In this document: positions 24,528-38,600 of the stretch, in pieces
Position numbering within the stretch: the stretch's first letter is position 1
How the letters are laid out: every line of letters starts with the position of its first letter
Source of the DNA: Botryllus schlosseri
Lineage: Eukaryota
Reading direction: 5' to 3'
Length of the DNA: 64,000 bases
Assembly: GCA_051294905.1 (NCBI GenBank)
Contig: CM119372.1
Coordinates: 3,474,001 to 3,538,000 of the forward strand
The notes under the pieces: generated by a model
What the model was told of the DNA's origin: nothing
The model's input: only the letters and a program-made list of their open reading frames with translations
Databases searched by the model: none
Program-made: the position numbers and the translations under genes

Positions 24528-25236
24528 CAGTGCTTCTCAACCTTTTTGTCCTTGCGGACCCCTTTTGTACTGTCACGGTCCCCCGCGAACCCCCTCAAGT
24601 TTTCATTCAAAATTTGCTCAATTATCGTGCAACCGTCATCGGTCTCGTGCAAATATTAACTGTAGGCTTGTGAGAAACACTCACAAAATTACTTTTCGTG
24701 AAAGTAACATCATATTATATGTAGAAATTGGGTAGAGTTTTATTGTTTCGAAGCGAATTTTGCAGCGCGCGCTTCTTGCAGGTACAGTTCGAACTTCAAT
24801 ATACAATTGAATAGTATATTCATATTGAAATGAACCGAATATTTTTGGCCGACCAGCGTGGTGACATCATATTTTGTGATACGATTGTTGATGATCGATG
24901 TTCTTTCCCATTCTCTACTAGTTGCTGACGATTACCCCTGACGAGTGTCAGCCGAAAATATTCGGGTACATTTCAATATGAATATTGGCCTACTATTCAA
25001 TTGTATATTGAAGTTCTGTACCTCCAAGAAGCTCTTCAAATCTCTGTATCAATACGCTATTGGCAATAAAAATGACTTTTATCTCATACGGCCATTCTAG
25101 TGATGAGTCCTGACGTTTTACCAATTATGAAGCGACATTGTCAGATGTTTTCTCTAATCAAAAATTAACTTATCAATCATTTTGCAAAAAAGGTTTCGTG
25201 GACCACCTAAAAATGCCTCGCGGACGAGAACTGCTG
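24528..25236. mobile_element. hAT (Charlie-like) MITE
   Basis: TIRs cagtgcttctc / gagaactgctg; perfect TSD ccttaaag (24520-24527, 25237-25244). Confidence 0.85.
24770..25038 (+). mobile_element. Short Penelope-derived element with inverted arms and intact hammerhead (24924-24967)
   Basis: An inverted pLTR tail (~24772-24853) followed by a forward pLTR with gctgacgattacccCTGACGAgtgtcagccGAAAatattcgggt. Confidence 0.85.
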
Positions 25237-25325
25237 CCTTAAAGCAAGGGTCAAGAAGCAGAAAACTTGGATAACTTCAGAATTCCTTCTGGTTATCAAA
25301 TTTTGTGAAATGTTTCTATCTAATG

Positions 25326-25580
25326 CAGGGGTCACCAATACGCGACCTGGTTTGAAATTTCGGAAGAACGCTTAGCAAAGCATTTTGAAATGCTGAAATT
25401 GATTTCAGTTTAAACATAATTTGTTGTTGTTGTACAAAGAAAGCTATTCTATAGTGCCCAATATCACTATTACTCACTAGCTGATACGGCTTCGGTGGTG
25501 GTAATATCATTCCATGGAGGAAGAATTTGCGGATACGAATTTTGAAGTTGCCCGCGACCCATTAAAGTTGGCGACCCCTG
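25326..25580. mobile_element. Small hAT-like MITE
   Basis: TIRs caggggtcaccaa / ttggcgacccctg; flanks atctaatg / atctatga. Confidence 0.7.
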
Positions 25581-26678
25581 ATCTATGACTGACTTCCCCT
25601 AACACGCTACAGGATTGTTCCATGCGAAGCGAGTCAAGCTTGGTGTACAGACATTTGCCGTTCACATACTTCTGAGAATGTATGTTGTGTGTCTTGCAAA
25701 TTCGGAACGGAACTCAGGTTCCAAGTTATAGCAAACCAGGTATTCTAATCTAATTTGGAAAAGACCGTATGGCTATAATAGTTCTAATTCTAATTCTAAT
25801 CTTATTTGGAAAAACTGAACATTTTCTAGTGGTCAAACTATGCGCCCTAATCCATCCACTCCATAGCTGGCTATCTCGCAGTAGAACACCTTCCCCACCT
25901 CACCGCTTCCATCGCGAAACCGAGCCAGTTCCCGCGATTCTCGTCGAACGAAATATTTACTCCAACGCAAAGAAGACGTCACTTATACTCAACGATAAAA
26001 ACAGGTACGGCACAACGCAAAAACAAGAAAAAAATCAATCGGTCGCGCCAATCAAGTCCCGACGAACAGCAAGGTAAGCGAGTAAGATGCACAGCCGCCA
26101 AGCGGCGATGAAATATCGTGAAAACTCAAACATGCTACTATCATCACAGGCCCGCAATTGAGAGTGTACTAACGCGATTGATACGAATAATGCCGATAAC
26201 AATGATATAGCATCTAAAAGGGTGAACGCAGCTAGACCTGCATATGGTTAAGAGCACCAAGCTGTCTTCGAACACGCGAAGCCGTACACAATCCAGTTAA
26301 AAGAGTAATCGCGTGGGTACTATGGAGGGAAAACGCGCTACGCCAATGATTATCACAGTCATGCATTTTGAAAAGCCAGTACGCGTAGTATGATCAATTT
26401 GCAACGTGCGAACAATTGTCGAGTATGCGATTACGTATTCGCAAAGAAATCAAGAAGGTATTTTGTGTCGTTGTTGAAGACGGCGCACCTAAGAAGCCGT
26501 AGTAGAATTTGCAACAATCTCGCGTGTCCGCCGCATGCAACTACAACCCCATAGATAATTTACGATCCTAAAAGCCAACAGCCTTATACGCAGTGAAAAC
26601 AGAGCGACGTCGTCAGCAGTCAGCCTGTCAGGAGTCATTCCGAGCGGTGGCGTTTCGGACGCTGGCTTCGGCCGATGT

Positions 26679-29600
26679 TCAGTGCGCGCTTGCCTGCGAA
26701 CGCTTGATATACACTTGCAAAAGTTTCATCTAAACGGAAACAAAACGCACGGTCACACCATCGTGGTGGAAATGTTTGTCCAGAGCTCCAACTACTGGAT
26801 TATCAAGTAGTTATAATTGAATAGTATATTCATATTGAAATAAACCCAAATATTTTCGGTTGACACTCGTCAGGGGTAATCGTAAGCAACGTAGTATACT
26901 ATTCAATTGTATATTGAAGTTCTGTACCTCTAAGAAGCTCTTCAAGTAGTTTTAGTTCTAGCTGCAGATTTTGAAGCGAGTCATTCTAATTCTAGCCGCA
27001 CATTTACAAGAAATCAGTTGTAAAACGACTAGAAAACACACATTTGGCATGAATCGTATGTGATACTTGTGTTCTGCTGTGTGTGGGAGCGCGAACTTTT
27101 AGAAGTTACTAGGAGGCGGTTACTTTCAAAATTGCTAGATATGTTTTCGCGACGCTACAAATTGACGCAATTTTCAAAAATATACACAGTCACTGTCGCG
27201 AGAATTCACCCGTGAAAGTGACACAACATATCACTGACCCAAATGATAAAATCCAAACAGCTCGAAGTAAATAGTTTTTCCTCGCAGGCAAAACATACTT
27301 GAGTATTCCGTAAGAGTTGAAATACTTCGTTTCTAGACCACTTCTGACCGACTCCCCACCCGTACTGCTATATCAGAGCTACAAGGTGGTCGAATTCCGC
27401 CGCTATCCTCACCTTACTTCCTGATAAAGCGGACAGGTGCTTCTGTAAATTTTCCTCTCCGATCACTTGATGAATAGCCACGAGACAAAACACGGCGGCC
27501 TTTCGCATGCTGCTCACCGGGTTGTCGTAGCCCTGGAAAGGACGGTATGCATCAATTTTACCACTTTGTCGATTGGGAATAAGTGTTTATCATTTGACAT
27601 TTTATAGCTTGTAGCCTACTTCATAGGCGGTCCATTGTCTGCTTATTGTGAATCATTAAAATTCAAATGAAACAAATAGGTTAACGTGGTGTTATGCTCA
27701 ACGTACCGCAACATCCCAACTACAGGAAGACTGCGTGGGCATTGGTTCTTATATGAAGAAGCGCATGATGAAAAATTGTGACGTAGACACCATTGCCAGA
27801 ATGAAGCAACATGACGTGTCACCAGCAGTGTACGCACAACTTCAGTGCTGTCAGCCAACAACTGCTGCCGTTGAACGTTCTTTCTCCATTCTTGGCAAGC
27901 TACTTAGTAATGACAAACACTTTCTAACCGTGAATGTAGGAAAGTATCTCTCGTTGTACTACAACATATTTTAATTATTTCTACCATAATACGTGATGTA
28001 ACTACTGGAATTCTTCATAGGGCCAGATTTCGTTGAAATGAAGTTTTTTCACGTACCATTTTCTCCGTTTTTGAGGCAAAAAAGTTTTTTTCAGGCCAAA
28101 CTACTTCGTAAGGACAGACAGTTTCAACCAGAAATGAAGATTAGTACAATTCTAATACCATGTGGGAAAACATCTAATTTGCATACGTTAGGTCAAATTT
28201 GGTAAGTTTTTTAGGTCAAAAAATCTCAAAATTTTAATTTTATGGGTCAAAATCTTCTGTATTTCAGGTAAAAAAATCGCCCATATTATTATACACTGAT
28301 CGTGTCGGTAAAGCTGACCTCACACTACTCAACTCGAAACATTACAATTAATACCGGATCCTGATTTGAGTGCTAGTTTCGCTCATTATGACGCCACAAC
28401 ATTACGAATGATGTGACAAGTGCCCAAATATGTACCTTTTACGCCCACAAAGAATATAATTCCAGTTCTACATCACATTACAGATTTGGCATTTCACGTT
28501 CACACTAACAGCACCGACCTTGATCAAACAGGGCACGATGTCCCTGACCACGTTTTCGCTGAGCTGATCTTTCCGCGCCCGGTGAATCGCCCCGGTCAGC
28601 AGCTTTATCGCCGCCTGGCAAGTGTGCAGGATCTCCACGTCCAGAAAGGGCACCACCACTTGAAAACACAGTTCGGGCGGGATGAACGTGCCGATGGTCC
28701 CGGTCAGGGCTTCGGCGGCCCGCACCACCTGGACAGTAAGTACACTTTAGGACTCAGGAGCATGATTGTAATGACTCTAGTCAATTTTTGTAATGACTCG
28801 ACTTGTACTCGAGCCATCGTGCATGACTCGAGACTAGGACGGCCAAGACCGATATTTCATTGTAACTTCGAAGTATAGTGAAGTTACCACATTATTGGTA
28901 TTTCGTCTATCAGTCCTGATACTAGGAAAATAGCACCAGAAGCTGTTAAAACTCAGGAAAATTACTGTATTGTGAATGCGAGCCATTCTAAATCACTCGA
29001 GCTGTATTGAAAAACGCGGATTGAACCGGACAGAGCTGAAAACCGAACAGTGAACATAATGATTTGGACTCGGACTCGAGTCAAAACACTGTGACTCGGA
29101 CTCCACCCTCTACGAGCCGACTCGGACTCGGACTTGACTCGGCGGTGAATTGAAATGACTCGACTTGACTCGAGTCAAAACTGTAAAAGTGAGATTGACT
29201 TGTGACTCGGAACCTTGCGACTTGGTTCCATGCAATAATCTCAATTCTAATCTGCTTTCTGGTTTTCCTGAAAATGCAACGGGGGAACTGTACAGTGCGG
29301 AACGAACCAAGCTTGGTTGACAGGCATTTGCAATTCTCGTACTAAGGAAAATGAACTTTCGTATGATATGAAGTGAACTCGATTTCTGTTGTATTTGTTT
29401 GTACTCCTGAATTCAATTTCGAAGGTTCTACGAATTTAGTGATTCCAATTCTAATCTGATTTGAAAAAGCCGAAGATTTTCTAGCGGTAGAACACTTTAT
29501 GTAATTCCGTAAAGCAAAGATCGATGCAACTTTTAACGTACTTTAATCATCTTTTACCAGGTGTGGCCATCGCGCAAATTTCAAAATATTGATATTTTTA

Positions 29601-32600
29601 AACCTGAAAGTAAGCTCAAGTGAAATAAAGTACTCAAGATCAAGAAGCAAATTCTTGTTGTGATAGTATTATTTTCAATATCAAATTTTGCTGTAGTTGT
29701 AGACTTGAAGATGCTCATTTTTTCGAACGTTTTCATGCCCCCAACCCATTAAAAGGGCCCCCAGGTTAGTTCATACCTCCAGGCTGCTGTCGTTGTGAAT
29801 TTGGAACACAGTGAAGATGACCGTTTCCACGTAGTCGGAAAAGTTGTTCCAAGAGATTTGCGAAAACATGTCCTTCAGCAGTCCCAGGGCCAGGGTCCGC
29901 GTGTCGGGCTGATAATGAGATAAGAGATATGCGTTTAGAAATCGATTACAGTACGATGCTGGCAAACGACATGCAGATTTAAACAAGGATGACAAAAGTG
30001 TGCAAGAAACCCTAATATTTGAGTGTTTTTTTCAAATTTTCAAGTTTGACATATATTGAGAAAAAAATATAATATGGTGAGTAGTGCATTGCAATTTTTT
30101 TCACAATAACAGAGAAATTTCAATCTCTCACGCAACCAAGACCGCAATTTGGCGAGTGGGCTAAAATCCTCACAATCTTCAAGAAGACACGAAAACCCCG
30201 AAATTTCAGTAAAAAATATAATCCTTGAAATTTCGGAATAAAATGAAATCGTCAAAATTTCACAGGAAAAACGAGTCAAAATGAAATTCCTGAAATTCGA
30301 AAAAGCGAAACACTCAAAACTTGGAGAAAGTGAAATGTTTAAAAATTCAGAAAAAATTTTATTGAGAAAAATGAAATTCCCAAAATTCAGAAGTAAAGTA
30401 AAGTTGCTAAAACTTTGGATACAAAATGAGATCATAAAAATTCCCTAGAAAAATGGAATTTCTGAAATTTGAAAGAAAAGTGAAATTCCTAATACTTTCG
30501 AGAAAAATGATGGGGAGTAAAGATGCCTCTGCTTATCAAGCTACATAACCACATAACTACAGTAAAAAAGAAAAGTCTTCCCCCTTCATTTTGGCAAAAG
30601 CTCAACGACAGCAATTTCAAGGGGCACTGCACTCTAAAAATGATGTGGTCTCAAATTGAAAGGCAAACCGAAAGAAAAATCTTGGCCGCAGCCGTTTTCT
30701 TCAGAACGCCACCGTAATGGAGCTGTAATGTATTGAAATTTCCACAGATGCATCACGCTCCAGCAGTCACGTAGAGATCGAACTTTATATAGTTGTCAGC
30801 CGATGATACGAAGGAAGTATGTCGTACACGCCAGGGTGGTTTAAATACCGCATTCAACGGAAGATGTCCAGTCAGGATATTTATGTCAAAATCGGGCCTA
30901 GTGTATCCTACTTCCTTCATAACATCGGCTGACAACTATATAAAGTTCGATCTCTACGTGACTGCTGGAGCGTGATGCATCTGTGGAAATTTCAATACAT
31001 TACAGCTCTATTACATTGGCGTTCTGAAGAAAACGGCCGCGGCCAAAATTTTTCTTTCGTTTTGCTCTTCAATTTGAGACCACATCATTTTCAGAGTGCA
31101 GTGCCCCTTTCAGTACAACGGCAATCATCGACAATTTCGACCGAACCTCCTCGTCCTTGGCACAGTCCAGCACGTGCATCAGAAGAGGCCCGAAATAGTC
31201 TTCCGAGTTTTCCAGCAGAGACAACTGAATCTCTCCGTTTTTCAGACGCCGCATAAAGTCCGTCAACGCCGCTTTTCTTCGCGATTTTTTCGGCAGCGTG
31301 TCTTTCAATTGCGCGAAAAGGTAAGCTTCTTCTCGACTCATTTCTGAACGGCAAACGTGTTTCAAGGGTGACGCACGGAGCAACTTAGCCATGATATTAG
31401 CCAATTTCAAATCCGAACTTATGAATTAACATTTTACAGTTTATAGCCTACTTTATAGGCCTACCGTTGTAGACGGCCCATTGTCTGCTCATTGTGAATC
31501 ATAAACATTCAAATGAAACGAATAGGTTGACATGGTGTTCACCGCAATACCCGAACTGAAGCAAGACTGCGTGGGCATTGCATGGTTCTCATATCAAGAA
31601 GCGCATGATGAAAAATTGTGATGTAGACACCATTGCCAGGATGAATTAACACGGTTTGTCACCAGCAGTGTACACACAACTACATTGTCGTCAGCCAACA
31701 ACTGCTGGTGTTGAACGTTCTTTCTCCATTCGTGGCAAGCCATAGTGAGGACAGGCACTTTCTACCCGAGAATGTAGGAAAGTGTCTTTCGTTGCACTAA
31801 AACAAATTTTAATTATTCCTACCATAATACGCGATGTAACTACTGGAATTCTTCATAGGGCCAGATTTCGTAAACAAAGTTTTTTCATGTAAAAATTTGT
31901 CAGTTTTCAGTCAAAAATGTTTTTCCAGGCCAAACTACTTCGCAAGGACAGACAGTCCCACACAGAAATGAAGATAAGTAGTACAATTCTAACAGTATGT
32001 GGGACAACACCTAATTTGCATATGTTTGCATATGTCAAAATTAAGTTTTTCCAAGGTCAAAAATGACAAAATTTTGATTTATAAGGTCGAAATTTCCTTT
32101 TTTAGGTCAAAATAAATCGTTCTAGTGATAACTTACCATCTCTGATGACACCACCATCCGAAAACAAGGCTTCTTTATTGAAATACGGTGGGTTGGCCGT
32201 CTTCTCAGAGTAGATCCCCGGGTTGTATCTGTTCGCCCCGCGGTTACCGGACAGTTGCTACGGGAAAGAGAAATTTAGGGGGGCACCGAATTAGAGTCCG
32301 ATAGCGAAAGTCATTTTACCATGGGGGTATTCTGTAACTGCTGAAAGGGTGGCGGGTAGCACACCGGTGGCAGACTATGGCCGTCTCCGCGTCCGGATTT
32401 GTCATTAAAAGGACTCTGTGAACAGGAACGGATTGTATGCGTCAGCCTTGCGTGGCGCCGGGTCATCGGAAACCCAGTGACTTTACACTCGCATGCAGTT
32501 ACAATTCACACTTCTTTTTACCGGCGATTAAAACACCCATGGGTTGAATCAGGAAAGCGTGAAGAGTTCAAAAAAAGTAGTTCAAAAACAGAAAAATTGT

Positions 32601-35600
32601 GCCACGCCCCCGGTCAGGGTTGTTAGGGTTGCATTAGGGTTGTTGAAAAATATTTTTTTCAAATTATACTTGAATAGTATATTCATATTGTAATGATCCC
32701 AAATATTTTCGGCCGACACTCGTCAGGGGTAATCGTCAGCAACTAGTAGAGAATTGGAAAGAACATCGTATATCAACAATCGTAACACAAAATATGACGT
32801 CACCAGCAGGAAATGTCGAATACGAGAACGTTCAATGTACTATTTTTAGATGATACATGAACTCTTTTTGTTGACACAGCCTAGGCTGGTGTATTTTGAT
32901 AAAAGTCGACTCCAAGGCACACAAATAAAACTGAGCGACCCTTTCCAAGTATGCGAAATCTGTCGTCTCGATAATTTTTTGCACATGCGGGATTATCCAA
33001 CAAGCATAGGCGCCGAACGCTAATTTTGCTTAGGCATGCGAGTTCGATGACGTCACAAAGGAAGACGTCATGATCCGACGGAATTGATAATTAGGGATAA
33101 TACAGCATCAATTCATGAGGGTTAAGTGCCTGCATAAATGCCGATTATGCAATATCTGCGTGTTAACAAACTTGCGCGTATGATAAGCTTGTCGACGAGT
33201 CCGGAAGTGCTGTCAATTAGCGAGTCCCGATCGCTAGCGAACAATTAAATACGTCGCTTATCAACGCATATTATGTAACCTCAGCGACGATTTGCGCAAG
33301 GCAAAATGTCAGAGTTGTTATGGAATCTGTTTTATAATGGCACCAATTTCAGGTTGTTCAAACCTTTCCCGTCTTTTACAACTCAAGCCTTGACAGTTGA
33401 CACACATCTTCCGATAGTTATGTTTAGGTATTAGCAGGATTCACTTACGCATGCACGGCGCACTCACAATCGCACATGTCTGCGGACATTCGATGCCATT
33501 CAGGTCAGCGATGTCGCTCTTCAATTACAATCGCTAACCAACAAACACCTAACGGCATTGTCACCAAGCCATCGAAAGATTGGAGCTAACGCATGCTAGG
33601 CTCGAGAGATGGGAGCCAACGCATGCTCAGCTCTAGACGCGATAGTTGGCCAGCGATGATATCTTTCGTACCAGGCCTGTTGCAGATGCGATTGTGCAGG
33701 CAAGCGATAATATCGTGTGCGCCAATGCAGATGCGAATGTGCAGGAAGCGATGGCACCGGGCCTACTGCTGATGTGATTGTTCATCATGCTCAAGCGAGT
33801 GAAACTAGGCTTGTAGGAGACGCGATAAAGCAGGCAAGCGTCCCAAGCGATGATTGCCGAACGCACGGCAATCAATGACACAATTTCGCGATCATCTCAG
33901 CGGGAGATCGCGTCGCGTTACATTGTGCACAGACAAATCTTGTTAATTGGCAACGCGCTTGTAGCTAATTGGCCGCGCGCAACGGGTTACCTCGCTCACA
34001 TAAGCGGTAGCAGGTAATGTCGTAAACGGAAATACATTGCGATTCGTTCTAAATAACACAATCGGGGATTATGCCGATTCATGCCAAACCGAATTCTAGG
34101 CATGCCGCATGCCTAAAAAAATGTCTAGGCATGCCTGGCATGCCTTGCATGCCCAGGTTCGGCGCCTATGCCAACAAGTGTTTGCCGATTGCAGAATTTA
34201 TGGCCTGCGATTGGCAAACACTTGTTGCCAACGTTTCTTAGACAAATTAACAACACCACGGGGTAGCCGGTGAAATTTTAATGGAGAGGTATCTTTTTTT
34301 AATAAACGCAAAATTTTTCAGCTCTCAATAGCTTTTCTTATAATGGTTGTAATTCATTCAATTAATTGGTGCGCAACATTTTATTTTAGCCACCGTGATA
34401 ATTTCATCAATTAGCCGATAAAATATGAAGTAAAACGTTGTTTTTGAACAATCTGCCAATCCATCCATCAATGACAGTGGTACAAAGGGGAGGGAATTAT
34501 ATCTGTGGTTGTTCTCATATTACACACTGGGTCAGTTTCAAGAGACAGGGGTGTAGCTAATGGACAGGGCAAGAGTGGGGAGATGATGAAAGGTTTATTC
34601 GATTACAGTGTTTCATTTTTGCCAAGTTCAATTTATGACACAGGTCAACACACGTTCTTCGGCAGATAAACTAAGAGGGCTCTGTGGGGCACCGATTCCA
34701 AATATGGCTTGTTTTTTTTTCAAATTGACTCCAGTTTTGGAGACAAGATAATTCGAGTCGCTATTTGGACTAAAATCTCATATTAGAGACTTGCCCGGTA
34801 GATAAAGAAAACTGTTAGTACAACTTCCAATGGTTAATCCAGCAATACAATTACGAAATCACAATTCCTTTTATGAGATCACTAGACGGGTAGAAATTGA
34901 CTGTATTTATGTCCATTTGACCGTGGGAATTGGAGTTTATCTGTAAACCCCGTCACACACCATTCGAAATCGTGAACGCATATATATGCGGCACGCAATT
35001 CCTCTCCCACCGCAAAAACACACCGCAAAGACACAGCAAAGTCACAAACCTGTTTATAATCGGGCACATCTTCGCTGCTGTCCATCCTCAGCTGATGAAT
35101 CCCGGCCGTGATGTCGTTAAAATTGAGCGTCTCTTCCATTTCGTCGTTACCGGACCGGTCCGACAACACAAAGTCAGCCTCGCTACTCCTGCCGGGGCAA
35201 AACGAGACTCGTTTTTACCGCAAAACACCAAACGCGACTACAAGACTTTTACCTAGGAGACATGATGTCAGCCATACCCGACATGCTGCCATGGGGCGAT
35301 ACCACCTGCCCGGCTGGGGCCATCCCGACACGCGCAGTGACCCGACCGGATGACGGAGTAGTGGGTGACTAAAATAGATGGGACTGCTGCATGAGATTCA
35401 AACGTGGTTACTAGGGGTGTTCCAAAATGACTTTTTTCCTAAAATTGTACTGGCTACTTGATAAAATTATTAGGTTACCTAATTCAAGCCTACACACCAA
35501 ATTTGGTTCAATTCCAGCCAGTAGCCGCATTGCTACAGAAGAAAGTTTCTATTTATTATATAGAAATAAATTAACAAAAATTTCAAAATTTTCTGTTGAC

Positions 35601-38600
35601 CCCATAAAAGTGTTAGGTCGTCTATAGAAACGATGTTCACCAAATTTGGCTCAATTCCAGCCAGTGGAAGCGGAATTATTGCCGTCGAAAAATTTGCAAT
35701 ATCAATAAAACAGTATTTACAGTTCCCAATTCTTTAATTATTTATTATAGGTTTGCCCACCGTAAATACTATTTCATTAAAATCCAATTTTTTCGAAGGC
35801 AATAACTCCTCTTCCACTGGTTGGAATTGAGCTAAATTTGGTGAACATCGTTTCCATAGACGTCCTAACACTTTCACGGGGTGAACAGAAAATTTTGAAA
35901 TTTTTGTTCATTTGTTTTTACATAATAAATAGAAACTTTCTTCTCCTGTAGCAATGCTTCCACTGGCTGGAATTGAACCAAATTTGGTGTGTAGGCTTAA
36001 ATTAGGTAACCTAACAATTTTATCGAGTAGCCAGTTCAATTTGAGTAAAAAAGTCATTTTCGAACTATCGAACACCCCTACTGTACAGACAGCAGCCATT
36101 GTCATGCTTCCGTTAAGTGTTAGGTTAGGGTAGGTTAAGATTGCCAAATGCCGATTCACTGCTAGCCTAACCGTTACAACGGTACCTTGGGTTCTCCGTT
36201 TGCTTTGACGTGGGAGTGCAGGACCCGCATGGCGCCGTCTTGGAAGGTCTTGGGCAAGGTGCAGAGCATCTGGGAGAATTCGCCGGGGTTCAACTCGAAC
36301 AGACTCATTATAACGGACTCGGCCGCCTGAAAACGAAACACAGAATTAGCGACCCGGAGGGTTATTTTGAAAATCACCGACTGCCCGCATAAACCTTGTC
36401 CAGCTTTCCAGGTCTTGCACCACTCCTCCTCGCTATCCCGAAATGCTGAGCGCCAAGAAGGAAAGCCACAATACCAGTTTTACACGTCAGGTCTTTTTCG
36501 CGACCCGGCCAGGGATTGAACCAACGACCGACCGATCGAGAAGCCGGCCGCTTCACCACTAGGCTATCTTGACCACACCCAAAATAAAACATAACAAGCT
36601 TACTTTTCGAACGTCCTGACTTTTAGGTTCCGTGACCCACGTAATCATCCTCGAGATGGCCAGCCTGGTTTCGCTTGTGTTGCGCAGATCGTTGGACTCC
36701 ATGAGCGCCGTCAGCTCCAGCAGGTAGTGTAGAAGAGCTACTTTCACTTTGAGATTGGGCGTTTGCGTCTGATCCACGATGTAGCGCGTCAGAATCGTGA
36801 ACTGTTGCTTCGGGGGAAAAGACGTCCTGCGACGAAGAAAGGAGGCTCTTATAACTAGGACTTGACGAACCTTTCGACCAGGTTACAACCCTGAGACATA
36901 CTATATTTCAACATTTTAGTTTATTATTAACTGATATTGTGTCACGCTAAGACAGGATTATAATAACTCGACTCGAGTCAATTTCTGTATTGACTCGACT
37001 TGTACCGGAGTCATTGTGCACGACTCGAACCAAGTTGTATGACTCCAGTCTAGGATGGCCAAGACAGACATTCATCATTGCAACTTCGAAGAATAGTAAA
37101 GTCACCACATTATTGGTATTTCGTCTATCAGTCCTGATACTTGGAAAATTGCGATATTTAGTCAGCCAGATACTTGATTTTGCGCAGCCCTACTTATAAA
37201 TACTGTGAAATAATCGTAATCGGGCCAACAATACCTGGTGGCTTGCATTGCCTTGATTACTTTAGCTTGCACGGAACCCAGCAGGTCGGCACCCATCTTC
37301 TTCAAGAGCTGCGTCATCAAAACGTACAGCCACTCGTCGATGTGATCCTTGTATGTCGATATGAAATCGGGCAAGATCTCCAGAAAGAGACTGAAAACCT
37401 TCAAAACGGTGTTTCGGTCGTGTTAAAATTTCAGCGACGCCACGAAAGAACTGGGTGAAGACAGGCAGCTAGCGATATGACAGGCTGACATGGTGAACAT
37501 GAATCCGTGCACATTGAAAAAGTTCACCGAGTATTTGCTGTTGAAGTCTTAGGCAGGCCTTTCTATTGTTAGTACGTCAGGTTAAAGAAACATAAATTCA
37601 CAATTTACAAATACGAGTAAAATTTCCAGTTCAAGTCAACGCGCCTCGATATTTAAAACAGTATCTTGCGGAAAAGAATCTCGCAACGTATGCAAAGTCA
37701 GTGACAAATTCAACCAATGGATCCAATGCAAATCGACAGATAAGAATTGTGCCACTGCGATATGTTGATGCCCACAGAGACGGTTTGAATGTGGTATTCA
37801 CCGATTTGGGCGTTCACAACTAATGGCAGTTTTCAAACAAGCTATGAATCAATTATGAATTCGTCTCTGGAGAGTGAAAATGTTACGATACAAAAACCTC
37901 TTTCTACAATGAATAACATACCAAGCCTGCTACAAATACTCGTATAACAGACAGAGACACGGGCAAGACAAGCACGCAGACAGACACATGCCAATGTAGT
38001 AATTCACGACTATATGCCAGAATTGAAAAAGTTCTCTAGGCACACTACACCACCAACTTCAATCATAACCAACATATTAAGACAAATTTGTCACAGTAAA
38101 TCTCGAATTAGCACGGCCATTTTCTCATCTGCCAGATTCCTACGACACAAAATTTCACTTATGTGACTTGGCAATACCAAGCAGAGTGGGATATCGTGTT
38201 TACATGCCATAGAAAGGAAGAAGAATGCAGTATTTTGGTACAATTGGGGTTATTTCAAACGATGGCATATATACGAGATATTAGTCATGAACAACATACA
38301 CAGATAGGGTATAGAGTTGAGATGTCAGGCTGAATGATTCAAGCATTCGACGGCATGATTTATTACCCGTTTTGTTCCCTGCAAAGACATATAAAGAAAA
38401 GCTCATCGTCACAACCATATCAGCATATACCAACGTAAGCGAATCACTAACTTGGACAACTAGATAATTTGAGCGGTCCAATTAGACCAATTATAGTTAA
38501 AAGCCTGTAATCTAATTCTAAAATCAATTGCGAATAGTTTCTATGCTGTCGTTTTAATTTTTATCTAATATCTGGTTTTCCAAGAAATGCTACAGGAGAA

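Noticed and set aside
30040..30510. 131-aa F/I/S-rich minus-strand ORF
   Set aside because: Product of a degenerate A-rich tandem repeat (gaaattcc..aaattcagaaaa) in a CLASP intron.
30753..30975. Mirror-image 60-aa ORFs on both strands (also 55934-56161 / 58276-58458)
   Set aside because: Artefacts of palindromic arms and TIRs.
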